Assembly (NCBI GenBank): GCA_034658935.1
Contig: JAYEGE010000008.1
Span: 68,678-132,677, forward strand
Origin: Patescibacteria group bacterium
GTDB taxonomy: Bacteria > Patescibacteriota > Minisyncoccia > Phycocordibacterales > JACOZG01
Reading direction: 5' to 3'
DNA length: 64,000 nt
The translations under genes were made by a program, and so were the position numbers. How positions within the stretch are numbered: position 1 is the first letter of the stretch; each line of letters starts with the position of its first letter. The notes under the pieces are model-generated. The model searched no databases. It was given only the letters and a program-made list of their open reading frames with translations, and had not been told where the DNA came from. Shown one piece after another: positions 26,428-37,123 of this stretch.

Positions 26428-28764
26428 ATGCCACCAACTAATAAAAAATTCATAGGCGGTCCAGCCATAACTAAGATTGTTAAGCGAGACGGGAGCATCG
26501 TGAAGTTCGACAGGGCTCATATCGTGGCGGCGGTTAGTAAGGCCATGATCGCTGGCGGCGCTTCCAAGCCGGAATGGCCTAAATTGATTGCCGACGCGGT
26601 TATCGATGATCTGAAGAAAAGCCATAAAGACGAACGGCATTATATTCCTAATGTTGAAGAAGTTCAGGACACCGTTGAGAAGCAATTGATCCTCAAAAAA
26701 TTTACGGCAACCGCCAAGGCCTATATTATCTATCGCCAAAAGCATGCTGAATTGCGCAAACAGGGGAGACATGTGCCCGACAAGGTCAAAGAATTAGTTC
26801 ACGAGAGTAAGAACTATTTCTCTAATCACCTGTCTGAGTTCATGTTCTATAGTACCTACTCTAAATGGATTCCGGAGGAGGGGCGCCGAGAATCGTGGAT
26901 TGATACGGTCGGCCGCTATATTAATTTTATGAAGGAGAACTTGGGCAAGAGACTCAAGTCGGAGGAGTATGAAGAGATTCGGGGCTATATGCTGGCGATG
27001 AAGGCTCTGGGCTCTATGCGGCTCCTATGGAGTTCTGGCCCAGCTGCTCGTAAGAGTAATGTTTGTGCCTATAATTGTTCCTTCATTGCCCCTAGCAAGT
27101 GGCAGGACTTTGGAGAGATTATGTATATCTCGATGTGTGGCACGGGGCTAGGCTTTAGTGTCGAGGAGCAGAGTACTGGACTCCTGCCCATTGTTAAGCG
27201 TCAGTCCGGTGAGACTCTGCCAACCCATGTGGTGGATGATTCTCGAGAGGGCTGGGCCGACTCTCTGGTCTTGGGTCTTAAGACCTGGTCGGGGGGCAAG
27301 GATATCGATTTTGATTATTCTCAGGTGAGGCCAGCGGGAGCTAGGCTTCAAACCATGGGCGGGCGGGCTTCGGGCCCAGACCCCTTGCGAGCTCTCCATG
27401 AGTTTGCCCGAGAACGGATCTTGTCTAAGCAGGGGAGGCGATTATCGCCCATTAATGTCCACGATATCATTTGTAAGATCGGTGAGATTGTTGTTTCTGG
27501 GGGTGTTCGTCGCAGTGCCCTGATCTCAATTTCTGATCTGGACGATCCGGCAATGCGAGAAGCCAAGACGGGTCAGTTCTACCTTACTTATCCAGAGCGG
27601 TCTATGGCCAATAACTCCGCCGCCTATAATGGGAAGCCTTCAGTAGCCGAATTTCTAGATGAGTGGAATAGCTTGATCAAGAGTGGTAGTGGGGAGCGGG
27701 GGATATGGAATAGAGGTAGTCTCGAGAAACAATTACCGAAGCGGCGTTGGCCGATCTTTGCTCCCGATGCTCAAACTAGCGGTGTTAATCCTTGCGGAGA
27801 GATAGTACTAAAATCAAAACAATTTTGTAACTTGAGTGAGGTGGTGGCTCGTAAGGAGGATACTGAAGAAAGTCTGATGAACAAGGTACGGATTGCTACT
27901 ATCCTCGGCACTTATCAGTCTAGACTGACTAAGTTTGAGTATCTTTCTAAGGAGTGGAAGGAGAATTGTGAAGCCGAAGCTCTACTCGGAGTGTCTATTA
28001 CTGGCCAATGGGATTGTCCGACCGTGCGCAACCCCGAGACTCTCCGTAAGCTTAGAGAATTAGCAATTAAGGTTAATAAAGAGTATGCTCGCAGATTTGG
28101 CGTCCGGCCCTCTACTTGTATCACTTGCGTTAAGCCTTCTGGTAATGGTTCGCAGCTCTTCAACTCCAGCTCTGGCATGCATCCACGCCACGCCCCTTAT
28201 TATATTAGGCGCGTCAGGATTGAGTCTCACAATCCCATTTTCAAGATGCTTAGAGATATTGGGGTGCCCCATCACCCGGAGGTGGGTCAAGATCCAGAGA
28301 ACGTGACCACCTATGTTCTCGAGTTCCCAGTGAAAGCGCCGGATAAGTCTATTTTCAAGAATGATATTACTGCTTTGGAGCAACTTGAGTATTGGAAGAT
28401 GGTCAAGGTTAATTACACTGAACATAATCCTTCCTCAACTATCTCGATTGGGGAAGAGGAGTGGTTGGATGTGGCTGAGTGGGTTTATAAAAATTGGGAT
28501 ATTGTTGGTGGACTATCTTTCTTGCCACGCTCTAATCATGTCTATCGTCTAGCCCCATACGAGGAAATAAGTTACGACCATTATAGGGAGTTGATGGCCA
28601 AATTCCCTAAGATAGATTTTGCTAAATTAGTTTTGTACGAAGAAACGGATAACACAGTAGGGGCCAAGGAGTTAGCCTGTGTCTCTGGCACCTGTGAAAT
28701 CGACGCTGTCCCTTCTGCCCCTGCCCTTAACACCGACGACCCCCAAACCTCAAGCGCCCAGTAA
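26428..28764 (+). CDS. nrdJ: class II (adenosylcobalamin-dependent) ribonucleotide reductase with N-terminal ATP cone
   Basis: KIVKRDG ATP cone, NCSF, GVNPCGE, FCNLSE, TCVKPSG, C-terminal ACVSGTCE; no beta-subunit gene nearby. Confidence 0.85.
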   Translation: MPPTNKKFIGGPAITKIVKRDGSIVKFDRAHIVAAVSKAMIAGGASKPEWPKLIADAVIDDLKKSHKDERHYIPNVEEVQDTVEKQLILKKFTATAKAYIIYRQKHAELRKQGRHVPDKVKELVHESKNYFSNHLSEFMFYSTYSKWIPEEGRRESWIDTVGRYINFMKENLGKRLKSEEYEEIRGYMLAMKALGSMRLLWSSGPAARKSNVCAYNCSFIAPSKWQDFGEIMYISMCGTGLGFSVEEQSTGLLPIVKRQSGETLPTHVVDDSREGWADSLVLGLKTWSGGKDIDFDYSQVRPAGARLQTMGGRASGPDPLRALHEFARERILSKQGRRLSPINVHDIICKIGEIVVSGGVRRSALISISDLDDPAMREAKTGQFYLTYPERSMANNSAAYNGKPSVAEFLDEWNSLIKSGSGERGIWNRGSLEKQLPKRRWPIFAPDAQTSGVNPCGEIVLKSKQFCNLSEVVARKEDTEESLMNKVRIATILGTYQSRLTKFEYLSKEWKENCEAEALLGVSITGQWDCPTVRNPETLRKLRELAIKVNKEYARRFGVRPSTCITCVKPSGNGSQLFNSSSGMHPRHAPYYIRRVRIESHNPIFKMLRDIGVPHHPEVGQDPENVTTYVLEFPVKAPDKSIFKNDITALEQLEYWKMVKVNYTEHNPSSTISIGEEEWLDVAEWVYKNWDIVGGLSFLPRSNHVYRLAPYEEISYDHYRELMAKFPKIDFAKLVLYEETDNTVGAKELACVSGTCEIDAVPSAPALNTDDPQTSSAQ

Positions 28765-28808
28765 GAGGTGTTTGCTACTCTAGGTAAAACATGGTTTAAT
28801 TTAGGGGC

Positions 28809-29495
28809 ATGACTTTTCATATTATTAGTTTATTTCCTGAAGCCTTTGACTCCTATCTAGAGGAGTCTATTATTGGTCGCGCTATAGGGAAGAAGAAAAT
28901 CAAGGTCAAATTCTATAATCCGCGAGATTCCCTCAAGGCCAGCGCCTCTGGTTATAAGGCCACTGATGACAAGCCCTATGGCGGTGGTCCTGGCATGGTG
29001 ATGCTGGCTGAACCAATTCTCAGAGCTGCTTTGCGGGCTAAGTCCAATATTAAGAAATCAAGGTCTAAAGAGGTGAAGGTAGAAACAATAATCTTCTCGC
29101 CTGGTGGTAAGCAATTTACCAACACCTTAGGGCGGCAATGGGCCAAGAAATATGACCACTTAATCCTGATTTGCGGTCGTTATGAGGGCATAGATGATAG
29201 AGTGCGCAAGATCCTCGAGGCCCAAGAGATTTCTATTGGCGATTATGTATTGACTGGGGGTGAATTGCCGGCAATGGTAGTACTCGATGCGATGAGCCGT
29301 CAGATCCCGGGGGTATTGGGTAAACTCGAGTCTGTGGAAGAGGGTCGGGTGTCTAGCCACGAAGTTTATACACGTCCTGAGGTTCTGGAGTGGCCGCCCA
29401 AGATGGCTCAAGGTAAGCAGAAGAAGTACCAGGTCCCCAAAGTGCTCCTGTCTGGCCACCATGCCAAGATCAATAAGTGGCGAGGCGGGAAATAA
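28809..29495 (+). CDS. trmD: tRNA (guanine-N1)-methyltransferase
   Basis: DDKPYGGGPGMV, CGRYEGID, SIGDYVLTGGE, LLSGHH. Confidence 0.96.
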   Translation: MTFHIISLFPEAFDSYLEESIIGRAIGKKKIKVKFYNPRDSLKASASGYKATDDKPYGGGPGMVMLAEPILRAALRAKSNIKKSRSKEVKVETIIFSPGGKQFTNTLGRQWAKKYDHLILICGRYEGIDDRVRKILEAQEISIGDYVLTGGELPAMVVLDAMSRQIPGVLGKLESVEEGRVSSHEVYTRPEVLEWPPKMAQGKQKKYQVPKVLLSGHHAKINKWRGGK

Positions 29496-29538
29496 TCATA
29501 TATAATAGCCTTGTTTATTAACTTTAATTAATTATTTT

Positions 29539-30057
29539 ATGTCAGAGATACCAGAGGCAGAGAAGAAATCTCGGGGATTCAATGCCAGCCACGTTGCTAT
29601 TATAATCTTGATCGTGGCCCTGAGTTGGGTTAGTTGGAGTTATTACCAGGGTGATCCGCAGGCTGCCGATGATCAATTGGCTACGACTGGTGTGATTGCA
29701 GGTGCGGCTGATGAAGAGGAGGCCGCCAGATTGGCTACCGAAGAGGCTGCTGAAATTGCCGCTTTGATTAAAGAGTTTGAGGGGTTAGTTCTTCTGCCTT
29801 CTGGTGAGCAGCCTCAATTGGCGACTATCACTGACGCAGAAGCTCTTGCCGCCGAGGATCCTTTCTTTGATGGGTCTCAGGATGGCGACAAGGTTTTGCT
29901 CTATCTGAGTGTGGGTAAGGCTTATATACTCAGCCCCGATCGTGACCTAGTGGTTAATGTTGGCCCCATCATTCAGGAACCCACTCCTACTCTTGAAGCC
30001 CAACCAGTAGAAGATGCTGAGGAAGGCCCAGAAACGATAGAAGCTGAAGGGGAGTAA
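29539..30057 (+). CDS. hypothetical membrane-anchored protein
   Basis: TM helix plus LP..E.P.LATI.D, FF....GDKVL.Y motif. Confidence 0.7.
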   Translation: MSEIPEAEKKSRGFNASHVAIIILIVALSWVSWSYYQGDPQAADDQLATTGVIAGAADEEEAARLATEEAAEIAALIKEFEGLVLLPSGEQPQLATITDAEALAAEDPFFDGSQDGDKVLLYLSVGKAYILSPDRDLVVNVGPIIQEPTPTLEAQPVEDAEEGPETIEAEGE

Positions 30058-30058
30058 C

Positions 30059-30067
30059 TTATCCACA
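30059..30067 (+). promoter_or_regulatory. DnaA box upstream of the rpoB promoter
   Basis: TTATCCACA consensus next to TTGACA..TAGCCT. Confidence 0.5.
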
Positions 30068-30221
30068 GATTCTGAGAGAGGGTTGACATCTCCAAATAGC
30101 CTTGCTAGCCTTAGCTCAACAAGCAAGATTGTGTTGTTGTTGTTTGCTTGTCTTGATATCTTGCTCTCTCAAGGCTCTAGTTAATTTTTATTAAAAGCTT
30201 CAATATAGCGGCTAATTTTTT

Positions 30222-33200
30222 ATGCAGAAAAAATACTTTTCTAAGTATCGGGAACCTCTGTCCGAGCTTCCTAACTTGGTTACTACTCAACGTTGGTCCT
30301 ATCAATGGTTGGTTAAGGAGGGGTTGAAAGAGTTATTTAAAGAGTTTTCACCGATCAAGGATCACTCTGAGAAAAAGTTCGAATTGGAGTTTTTGGGTTT
30401 TCAAATTGAGCAACCTAAGAATGATGAAAATTATGCCAAGGTCAATCAGCTAACCTATGACGCCCCTTTGCGTGTTCGGGTTAAGTTGAACAACAAAATT
30501 ATTGGTAGCGAGAAAGAACAAGAGATTTTCTTGGCCGATTTCCCTTTGATGACCGACCACGGCACCTTTGTTATCAATGGCAATGAGCGGGTGGTGGTTA
30601 CCCAGCTAGCACGTAGTTTCGGTATCTTCTTTACCGAGAATGAGTTGCGCGGACGCAAGCGCTTCGGCGCTAAAATCATCCCTGCTTCTGGTGTCTGGAT
30701 AGAGTTTGAAACTGAATTCGACAACGTTATCTATGTCCGGATCGACCGCAAGCGCAAGTTCCCCGTAACATCTTTGTTGCGGGTTTTTGCTGATCGTGAG
30801 GGCCGAGAGGTGAGCGACAAAGAGTTGGCTGGCTTGGCCGCTGGCATTGAAAGCGACGTTGATTATCTTGGTATGGCTCTGGCTAAGGATCATGCCAAGA
30901 CGGCAGACGAGTCTTATTTGGAGATCTATAAGCGTCTTCGTGATAGCGACCTGGCGACGGTCGCTAGCGCTCGTGAGTTCTTAGATACGATTTTTAGTCG
31001 TGAACGTTACGACCTTTCAAGTGTCGGCCGCTTGCGTTTCAATAGGCGTTTTGAAAAGTCTATCGACGAAGATGAGTTGGCCAGACGGACTCTCGGTTTT
31101 GATGATTTGGCCACTATTGTTAAGTATATTATTACTCTCAATAATGATAAGACGGCGGTGGCCGACGATATCGACCACCTCGGTCTACGTCGAGTCCGTT
31201 CGGTGGGCGAGATGCTCCAACAGAAATTGAAGATAGGGTTAATGCAGATGAAGCGCAATATCCAGGATCGGATGTCCACTATCGATTCCAGCACCTCCCT
31301 TCCCATTCAATTGATCAGCCCTCGTCCACTCCAGGCTCGCTTGAAGGAGTTTTTCACTACCAGCCAGTTGTCGCAATTTATGCACCAAAAGAACGCTCTC
31401 TCGGAGATTGAGCATTTGCGAACCCTCAGTGCTTTAGGGCCGGGTGGTCTGACTCGTAAACGTTCTGGCCTTGAGGTTAGAGACGTTCACACTTCTCATT
31501 ATGGCCGGATTTGCCCTATCCATACTCCCGAGGGTCCGAATATTGGTTTGATCCTCCATTTAACTAATTACGCTAGGATCAATGAGTTTGGAGTAATCGA
31601 GACACCTTATCGAGTAGTTAAGGGTGGCCGAGTTACTGAGGAGCTAGTCTACCTCAACGCTTTGGAGGAAGAAAAACATATTATTGCCCACGGAGCGACG
31701 GTTTATGACGAAGGCGGACAATTGGCAGAGAATTTTGTCCAAGCTCGATGTAACGGTCAGCCAGGCGTTGTTGCTCGTGACGAGATCGACCTGATCGATG
31801 TTTCGCCGCACCAAGCCTATTCCTCGGCCACCACATTAATTCCTTTCTTGGAGCATGATGACGCCAATAGAGCCTTGATGGGTTCCAACATGCAAAAGCA
31901 GGCAGTCCCTTGTGTGGTCCCAGAACTGCCTCTCGTTGCTACTGGCTTGGAAACACGGATTGCCCAAGATTCGGGGCGTTTGGTAATTGCTAAACGGGCG
32001 GGAACGGTTAATGCGGTTGATGGTCGCCACATTGTTGTTAAGAACGACCATGCGTCTGGTAAGGGTGATGGAGACGAGTATGCGCTGGTCAATTTCATGC
32101 GGACCAACGACAACTCAGCTCTCCATCAAAGACCCTTAGTAAAGGTGGGACAGAAGGTCAAGGCCGGTCAAGTTCTAGCCGATACTTCATGTACAGTCGA
32201 TGGCCAATTGGCTTTGGGTCAGAACGCCTTGGTTGCTTTCATGTCACTTGATGGCGCTAATTACGAGGACGCGATTATTATCTCAGAGCGACTTGTGCAT
32301 GGTTACAAATTTAGTAGTGTCCATATTGAAGAATTTACAGTCAGTGTCCGTGACACTAAACTTGGTTCGGAAGTAACTACTCATGATATCCCTAATGTTG
32401 GAGAGACCAAGCTCCGCAATCTCGATGAAGAGGGGGTGATCCGGGCTGGGGCAGAAGTCGGTCCTGGCGATATTCTCGTTGGTAAAATTACTCCCAAGGG
32501 TGAAACAGAGCTAACTCCTGAAGAGCGTCTACTCCGCTCAATTTTCGGTGAGAAGTCGCGCGATGTTAAGGATTCCTCTTTGCGGATGCCAAACGGTAAG
32601 AAGGGGAAGGTAATCGGGATTCGCATCTTCAGTCGTGAGCGTGGTGATAAACTAGATTCGGGAATCATTAAACAGATTCGTGTGGAAGTCGCTGAGCTAC
32701 GTAATATCCAAGTCGGCGATAAGCTGGCCGGGCGGCATGGCAATAAGGGGGTGATCTCCCGAGTATTGCCGGTTGAGGACATGCCTTACCAGGCTGATGG
32801 AACCCCTGTTGATATTGTTTTAACGCCGCTCGGTGTGCCTTCTCGAATGAACTTGGGGCAGATTTTTGAAATGCATTTAGGCTTAGCGGCGGGGGCCTTA
32901 GGTTACCAAGCTATTACCCCACCTTTCATGGGGGTGACTGAACCAGAGATTAGAGGGGAGTTGGAGGAGGCCAGCTTTCCAGCTAATGGAAAGGTTAAAC
33001 TTTACGACGGTCATACTGGCCTAGCTTTCGATCAAGATATCGCTATTGGTGGCATGTATATGCTCAAGTTGGACCACATGGTTGAAGATAAAATCCACAT
33101 GCGCTCCATCGGCCCCTACTCGCTCATTACCCAACAGCCTCTCGGCGGTAAGGCTCAACGTGGAGGTCAGCGTTTTGGAGAGATGGAGGTTTGGGCCCTA

Positions 33201-33395
33201 GAGGGATACGGTGCGGCCTACACCTTGCGCGAAATGTTGACGATTAAGTCTGACGACATCGTCGGCCGTTCTCAGGCCTTCGACTCCATTGTTAAGGATG
33301 AAGAGATCCCGCCACCTAACCTGCCGGCTTCCTTTAATGTCATGTTGAACGAGCTACGTGGTTTGGCACTCGACGTAGAGCTTAAAAATATTTAA
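30222..33395 (+). CDS. rpoB: RNA polymerase beta subunit
   Basis: GRICPIHTPEGPNIG, GDKLAGRHGNKG, GQRFGEMEVWALE. Confidence 0.98.
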   Translation: MQKKYFSKYREPLSELPNLVTTQRWSYQWLVKEGLKELFKEFSPIKDHSEKKFELEFLGFQIEQPKNDENYAKVNQLTYDAPLRVRVKLNNKIIGSEKEQEIFLADFPLMTDHGTFVINGNERVVVTQLARSFGIFFTENELRGRKRFGAKIIPASGVWIEFETEFDNVIYVRIDRKRKFPVTSLLRVFADREGREVSDKELAGLAAGIESDVDYLGMALAKDHAKTADESYLEIYKRLRDSDLATVASAREFLDTIFSRERYDLSSVGRLRFNRRFEKSIDEDELARRTLGFDDLATIVKYIITLNNDKTAVADDIDHLGLRRVRSVGEMLQQKLKIGLMQMKRNIQDRMSTIDSSTSLPIQLISPRPLQARLKEFFTTSQLSQFMHQKNALSEIEHLRTLSALGPGGLTRKRSGLEVRDVHTSHYGRICPIHTPEGPNIGLILHLTNYARINEFGVIETPYRVVKGGRVTEELVYLNALEEEKHIIAHGATVYDEGGQLAENFVQARCNGQPGVVARDEIDLIDVSPHQAYSSATTLIPFLEHDDANRALMGSNMQKQAVPCVVPELPLVATGLETRIAQDSGRLVIAKRAGTVNAVDGRHIVVKNDHASGKGDGDEYALVNFMRTNDNSALHQRPLVKVGQKVKAGQVLADTSCTVDGQLALGQNALVAFMSLDGANYEDAIIISERLVHGYKFSSVHIEEFTVSVRDTKLGSEVTTHDIPNVGETKLRNLDEEGVIRAGAEVGPGDILVGKITPKGETELTPEERLLRSIFGEKSRDVKDSSLRMPNGKKGKVIGIRIFSRERGDKLDSGIIKQIRVEVAELRNIQVGDKLAGRHGNKGVISRVLPVEDMPYQADGTPVDIVLTPLGVPSRMNLGQIFEMHLGLAAGALGYQAITPPFMGVTEPEIRGELEEASFPANGKVKLYDGHTGLAFDQDIAIGGMYMLKLDHMVEDKIHMRSIGPYSLITQQPLGGKAQRGGQRFGEMEVWALEGYGAAYTLREMLTIKSDDIVGRSQAFDSIVKDEEIPPPNLPASFNVMLNELRGLALDVELKNI

Positions 33396-33406
33396 TCAAT
33401 TTCACC

Positions 33407-36400
33407 ATGATTACCCAAAATAAAAGACGAGTTGCCACTCCCGACTTCAATGCCATCAGTTTGAAGTTGGCTTCGCCAGACAGAATCAAAGAGTGGTCCT
33501 ATGGTGAGGTAACCAAGCCGGAAACGATCAATTATCGTACCGGCCGAAGTGAGCGAGGGGGCTTATTTGATGAGCGGATTTTTGGCCCCGAAAGAGATTA
33601 CGAATGTTATTGTGGAAAATATAGACGGATTCGTTACAAAGATATTGTTTGTGAGCGTTGTGGCGTGGAGGTAACCCATTCTATTGTTCGCCGTGAGCGA
33701 ATGGGACATATTGAGTTGGCCTGCCCGGTAGCCCATATCTGGTTCTTGCGGACCATGCCTTCGCGGATTAGCCTTTTCCTCAATCTGTCGGCTGCCGATC
33801 TGGAGAAGGTGGTTTATTTTGCCGGCTACATTTTGACCAAGGTTAACGAAGAAGAGAAGGCCAAAATGCTTAAAGAAATTGATGGTGAGTACAAACAGCG
33901 CTTAAGGAATCTCCAAGACGATAGGAGCAAGGAAGCTCTCAAGGAAACGATGCTCGCGGCAAAGAAAAGTCTAGAGGCCTTATCCCCCGGCAAAGTCCTT
34001 GACGAGGTTTCTTATCACCGTCTATCGCTTAAGTATGGCTCGGTCTTTGAGGCGGCTATTGGCGCTGAAGCAATCTACGATATTTTCCGTCGAGCAGACC
34101 TCAATAAATTGCTCGACGAAGTGGCTACCGACTTAGAGAAGGCTAGTAGCCTAGAGAGGCCGCGGATTCAGAAGCGCTATAATCTTATCCGTGCTATGCG
34201 ACGCTCTGGAGTCCGGCCAGAATGGATGTTCTTGACCGTTCTGCCGATTATTCCACCAGATCTTAGGCCAATGGTTGCTCTCGACGGTGGCCGCCATGCC
34301 ACCTCTGACATCAACGATCTTTATCGCCGAGTGATCAATCGCAATAATCGCTTAAAGAAATTACAGGAGCTCAAGGCGCCCGAAGTGATCTTGCGTAACG
34401 AGAAGCGTATTCTCCAAGAAGCAGTCGATGCCTTAATTGATAATTCCATTCGCCGTTCTGGTAGCGGGGCGATGAGTCAGACTCAACGTCGACCCCTTAA
34501 GTCACTCTCGGATGGCTTGAAGGGCAAGCAGGGGCGTTTCCGACAGCATCTCTTGGGTAAGCGGGTAGATTATTCTGGCCGTTCGGTGATCGTGGTTGGT
34601 CCCAATCTTAAATTGTCCGAATGTGGTTTACCTAAGGATATCGCCCTAGAACTTTTCCGCCCCTTTGTTATCTCCAGGATTTTGTTAAATGAATTGGCCT
34701 ATAATATTCGCGGTGCTAGCCGCCTGATTAATGATCGGGAGCCAGAGGTCTGGGCGATCTTAGAGGAGGTGATTAAAGATAAGTATGTTCTCTTGAATCG
34801 GGCGCCAACTCTCCATCGGCTCGGCATTCAGGCTTTTAGGCCAATTTTGATTGAGGGTAACGCTATTCGAGTTCACCCCTTAGTTTGTGCCGCCTTCAAC
34901 GCAGACTTTGATGGTGACCAGATGGCGGTCCATGTCCCGCTCTCGACTGCCGCCCAGAAGGAGGCTCATGAGTTGTTGGCCGCTAACCACAATATTCTCA
35001 AGCCAGGTAATGGTCAACCGATTGTTAATCCCAAGCTGGACATTATTCTGGGTTGTTTTTGGATGACGAAATTCCGCCCTGGCGCCCTGGGTGAAAACAA
35101 TGTTTTTACTAGTGCCGAAGAGGCGATCATAGCTTTCCATTTTGATCAGGTTGATATGCGAGCAAAGATTAAGGTTGGTATTGATGATTCGCCCAAATTT
35201 GCTGGCATCGAAGGTGACGCGATAGAAACTTCTATTGGTCGAGTGCTCTTTAATCGAGCTCTCCCGGTCGATTTTCCCTTCGTTAATCAAGAATTAACTG
35301 GCAAGGAAATTAGCGCTTTGGCTGAAGAATTAATTGTAAGATATGGGGCCGAGAATATCGCTGACATCTTAGATCAAATCAAGAATTTCGGTTTTAAATA
35401 TGCTACTCGCTCGGGTACCACCTGGGGAATGGATGAAGTGGTCGTGCCGGAGGAGAAGAAGGTTATCGTCGCTGAAGCGTTGAAAGAAGCTGAATCGTTG
35501 GAGGATAAATACAATGCGGGCCTTCTCTCTAAAGATGAAAAATACCGACTAACAATTAAAGTCTGGAATACGGTGAAGAGTAAGATTGAGAAAATACTCT
35601 TAGACACTTTAGAGCCTGAAAGTTCGATTGGCTTTATGCTTACATCTGGTGCTCGGGGCTCAGTTAGTCAGGTCAGTCAGATGTCGGGCATGAAGGGGCT
35701 GATTATAAACCCGGCTGGTCGCTTGATCGAATTCCCGATTATTCCATCTTATAAGGAAGGATTGTCTCCTCTCGAATACTTTATTACTACCCACGGTTCT
35801 CGCAAGACCCTAACCGACACTGCTCTCAATACCGCCAAGGCCGGTTATCTAACTCGTCGTCTGGTTTATGTGGCGGAGGAGATCATTATTACCGAAAAAG
35901 ATTGTGGTGACACCGAAGGCAAATTGGTTTCTACTGCCCAAGTCTCTAGCTTTGATCGTGGGCTCGGCAAATTGATTCAGGGGCGTTTCTTGGCTCGTGA
36001 TTTGAAAGACGCTGACGGTAAGATTGTGCTGAAAAAGGGCAAATTGATTTCTCCTACTGATGTGGCGGCGGCCGAGAAACAAGGGGCGACTGAAGCTCAG
36101 ATCCGCTCTCTCTTGTCTTGTAAGACTGGACATGGAGTCTGCCAGACCTGTTATGGGTTGGACCTTGGTCGTGGTCGATTAGTTAAGATCGGTGAGTCAG
36201 TGGGTATCGTGGCGGCACAGGCGATCGGCGAACCCGGTACTCAATTGACCATGAGAACTAAGCATACTGGTGGTGTCGACGTTGGTGGCGACATCGTTGG
36301 TGGCTTACCTCGAGTGGAAGAAATCTTTGAACGTCGCTTGCCTAAGAACGCAGCAATAGTTTGCTCTGTTAACGGAGTGGTGTCGGAGGTCCAAGCTACG

Positions 36401-37105
36401 TCTACTGAAAAGACTATCGTGGTACTCGGTGATTCCGATACTAAACTAACTAAGACCAAGACTAAGACTAAGACCACCGATGGTCAGAGTGTTGAGTACA
36501 AAGTCCCTTCAGGCCGCGACATTTTAGTTAAAGAGGGCGAAGCTGTAATTGCCGGCCAACTATTAACTAGTGGTTCGGCTGACCTGCAGGAATTATTCAA
36601 ATATGCGGGCAAGGATGTGACTGAGGCGTATATCATTAGTGAAATCACTAAGATCTATGAGCTCCAAGGAGCCTTCATCTCCCGCAAGCATTTGGAGGTT
36701 ATTATCCGTCAAATGTTTTCCCGCCGACGAATTAAGCAGCCCGGTGATACTGCCTTTGAACCCGGTGAGATGGTTGGCGCAGCTCCGTTTGCTGAGGCGA
36801 ATGAACAGGTGCGAACTGCCAAGACCGGCCAAGAGGCAATTGCCGATACCGTTCTCTTGGGAATTTCGGAAGTCTCCCTAACTAATCCTAGCTTTATCTC
36901 CGCTGTATCCTTTGGCCAGTCAACCAGAGTCTTAATCAAGACTGCTGTGCGCGGTGGCCTAGATGATCTGCGGGGCCTTAAAGAAAATGTTATTGTGGGC
37001 CGTTTGATCCCAGCTGGGACCGGCCTGGTACCTGATTATGAACCCAAGCAGGAAGTGCCAACCGAGCCTTCGCCGATGGTCAAAGAAGTAGAATTGGCGG
37101 AATAA
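33407..37105 (+). CDS. rpoC: RNA polymerase beta' subunit
   Basis: NADFDGD catalytic motif, Zn fingers, [11 protein letters not shown]. Confidence 0.98.
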   Translation: MITQNKRRVATPDFNAISLKLASPDRIKEWSYGEVTKPETINYRTGRSERGGLFDERIFGPERDYECYCGKYRRIRYKDIVCERCGVEVTHSIVRRERMGHIELACPVAHIWFLRTMPSRISLFLNLSAADLEKVVYFAGYILTKVNEEEKAKMLKEIDGEYKQRLRNLQDDRSKEALKETMLAAKKSLEALSPGKVLDEVSYHRLSLKYGSVFEAAIGAEAIYDIFRRADLNKLLDEVATDLEKASSLERPRIQKRYNLIRAMRRSGVRPEWMFLTVLPIIPPDLRPMVALDGGRHATSDINDLYRRVINRNNRLKKLQELKAPEVILRNEKRILQEAVDALIDNSIRRSGSGAMSQTQRRPLKSLSDGLKGKQGRFRQHLLGKRVDYSGRSVIVVGPNLKLSECGLPKDIALELFRPFVISRILLNELAYNIRGASRLINDREPEVWAILEEVIKDKYVLLNRAPTLHRLGIQAFRPILIEGNAIRVHPLVCAAFNADFDGDQMAVHVPLSTAAQKEAHELLAANHNILKPGNGQPIVNPKLDIILGCFWMTKFRPGALGENNVFTSAEEAIIAFHFDQVDMRAKIKVGIDDSPKFAGIEGDAIETSIGRVLFNRALPVDFPFVNQELTGKEISALAEELIVRYGAENIADILDQIKNFGFKYATRSGTTWGMDEVVVPEEKKVIVAEALKEAESLEDKYNAGLLSKDEKYRLTIKVWNTVKSKIEKILLDTLEPESSIGFMLTSGARGSVSQVSQMSGMKGLIINPAGRLIEFPIIPSYKEGLSPLEYFITTHGSRKTLTDTALNTAKAGYLTRRLVYVAEEIIITEKDCGDTEGKLVSTAQVSSFDRGLGKLIQGRFLARDLKDADGKIVLKKGKLISPTDVAAAEKQGATEAQIRSLLSCKTGHGVCQTCYGLDLGRGRLVKIGESVGIVAAQAIGEPGTQLTMRTKHTGGVDVGGDIVGGLPRVEEIFERRLPKNAAIVCSVNGVVSEVQATSTEKTIVVLGDSDTKLTKTKTKTKTTDGQSVEYKVPSGRDILVKEGEAVIAGQLLTSGSADLQELFKYAGKDVTEAYIISEITKIYELQGAFISRKHLEVIIRQMFSRRRIKQPGDTAFEPGEMVGAAPFAEANEQVRTAKTGQEAIADTVLLGISEVSLTNPSFISAVSFGQSTRVLIKTAVRGGLDDLRGLKENVIVGRLIPAGTGLVPDYEPKQEVPTEPSPMVKEVELAE

Positions 37106-37123
37106 ACAATCAAAGGGGGGTTG

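Noticed and set aside
36449-36475. ACTAAG tandem repeat (TKTKTKT) in rpoC as a phase-variation site
   Set aside because: The 6-bp unit preserves frame and lies in a variable loop; likely neutral slippage.
26428-37105. Inteins or introns in RNR, RpoB or RpoC
   Set aside because: Lengths are ordinary or compact, with no intein splice-junction or homing-endonuclease motifs seen.
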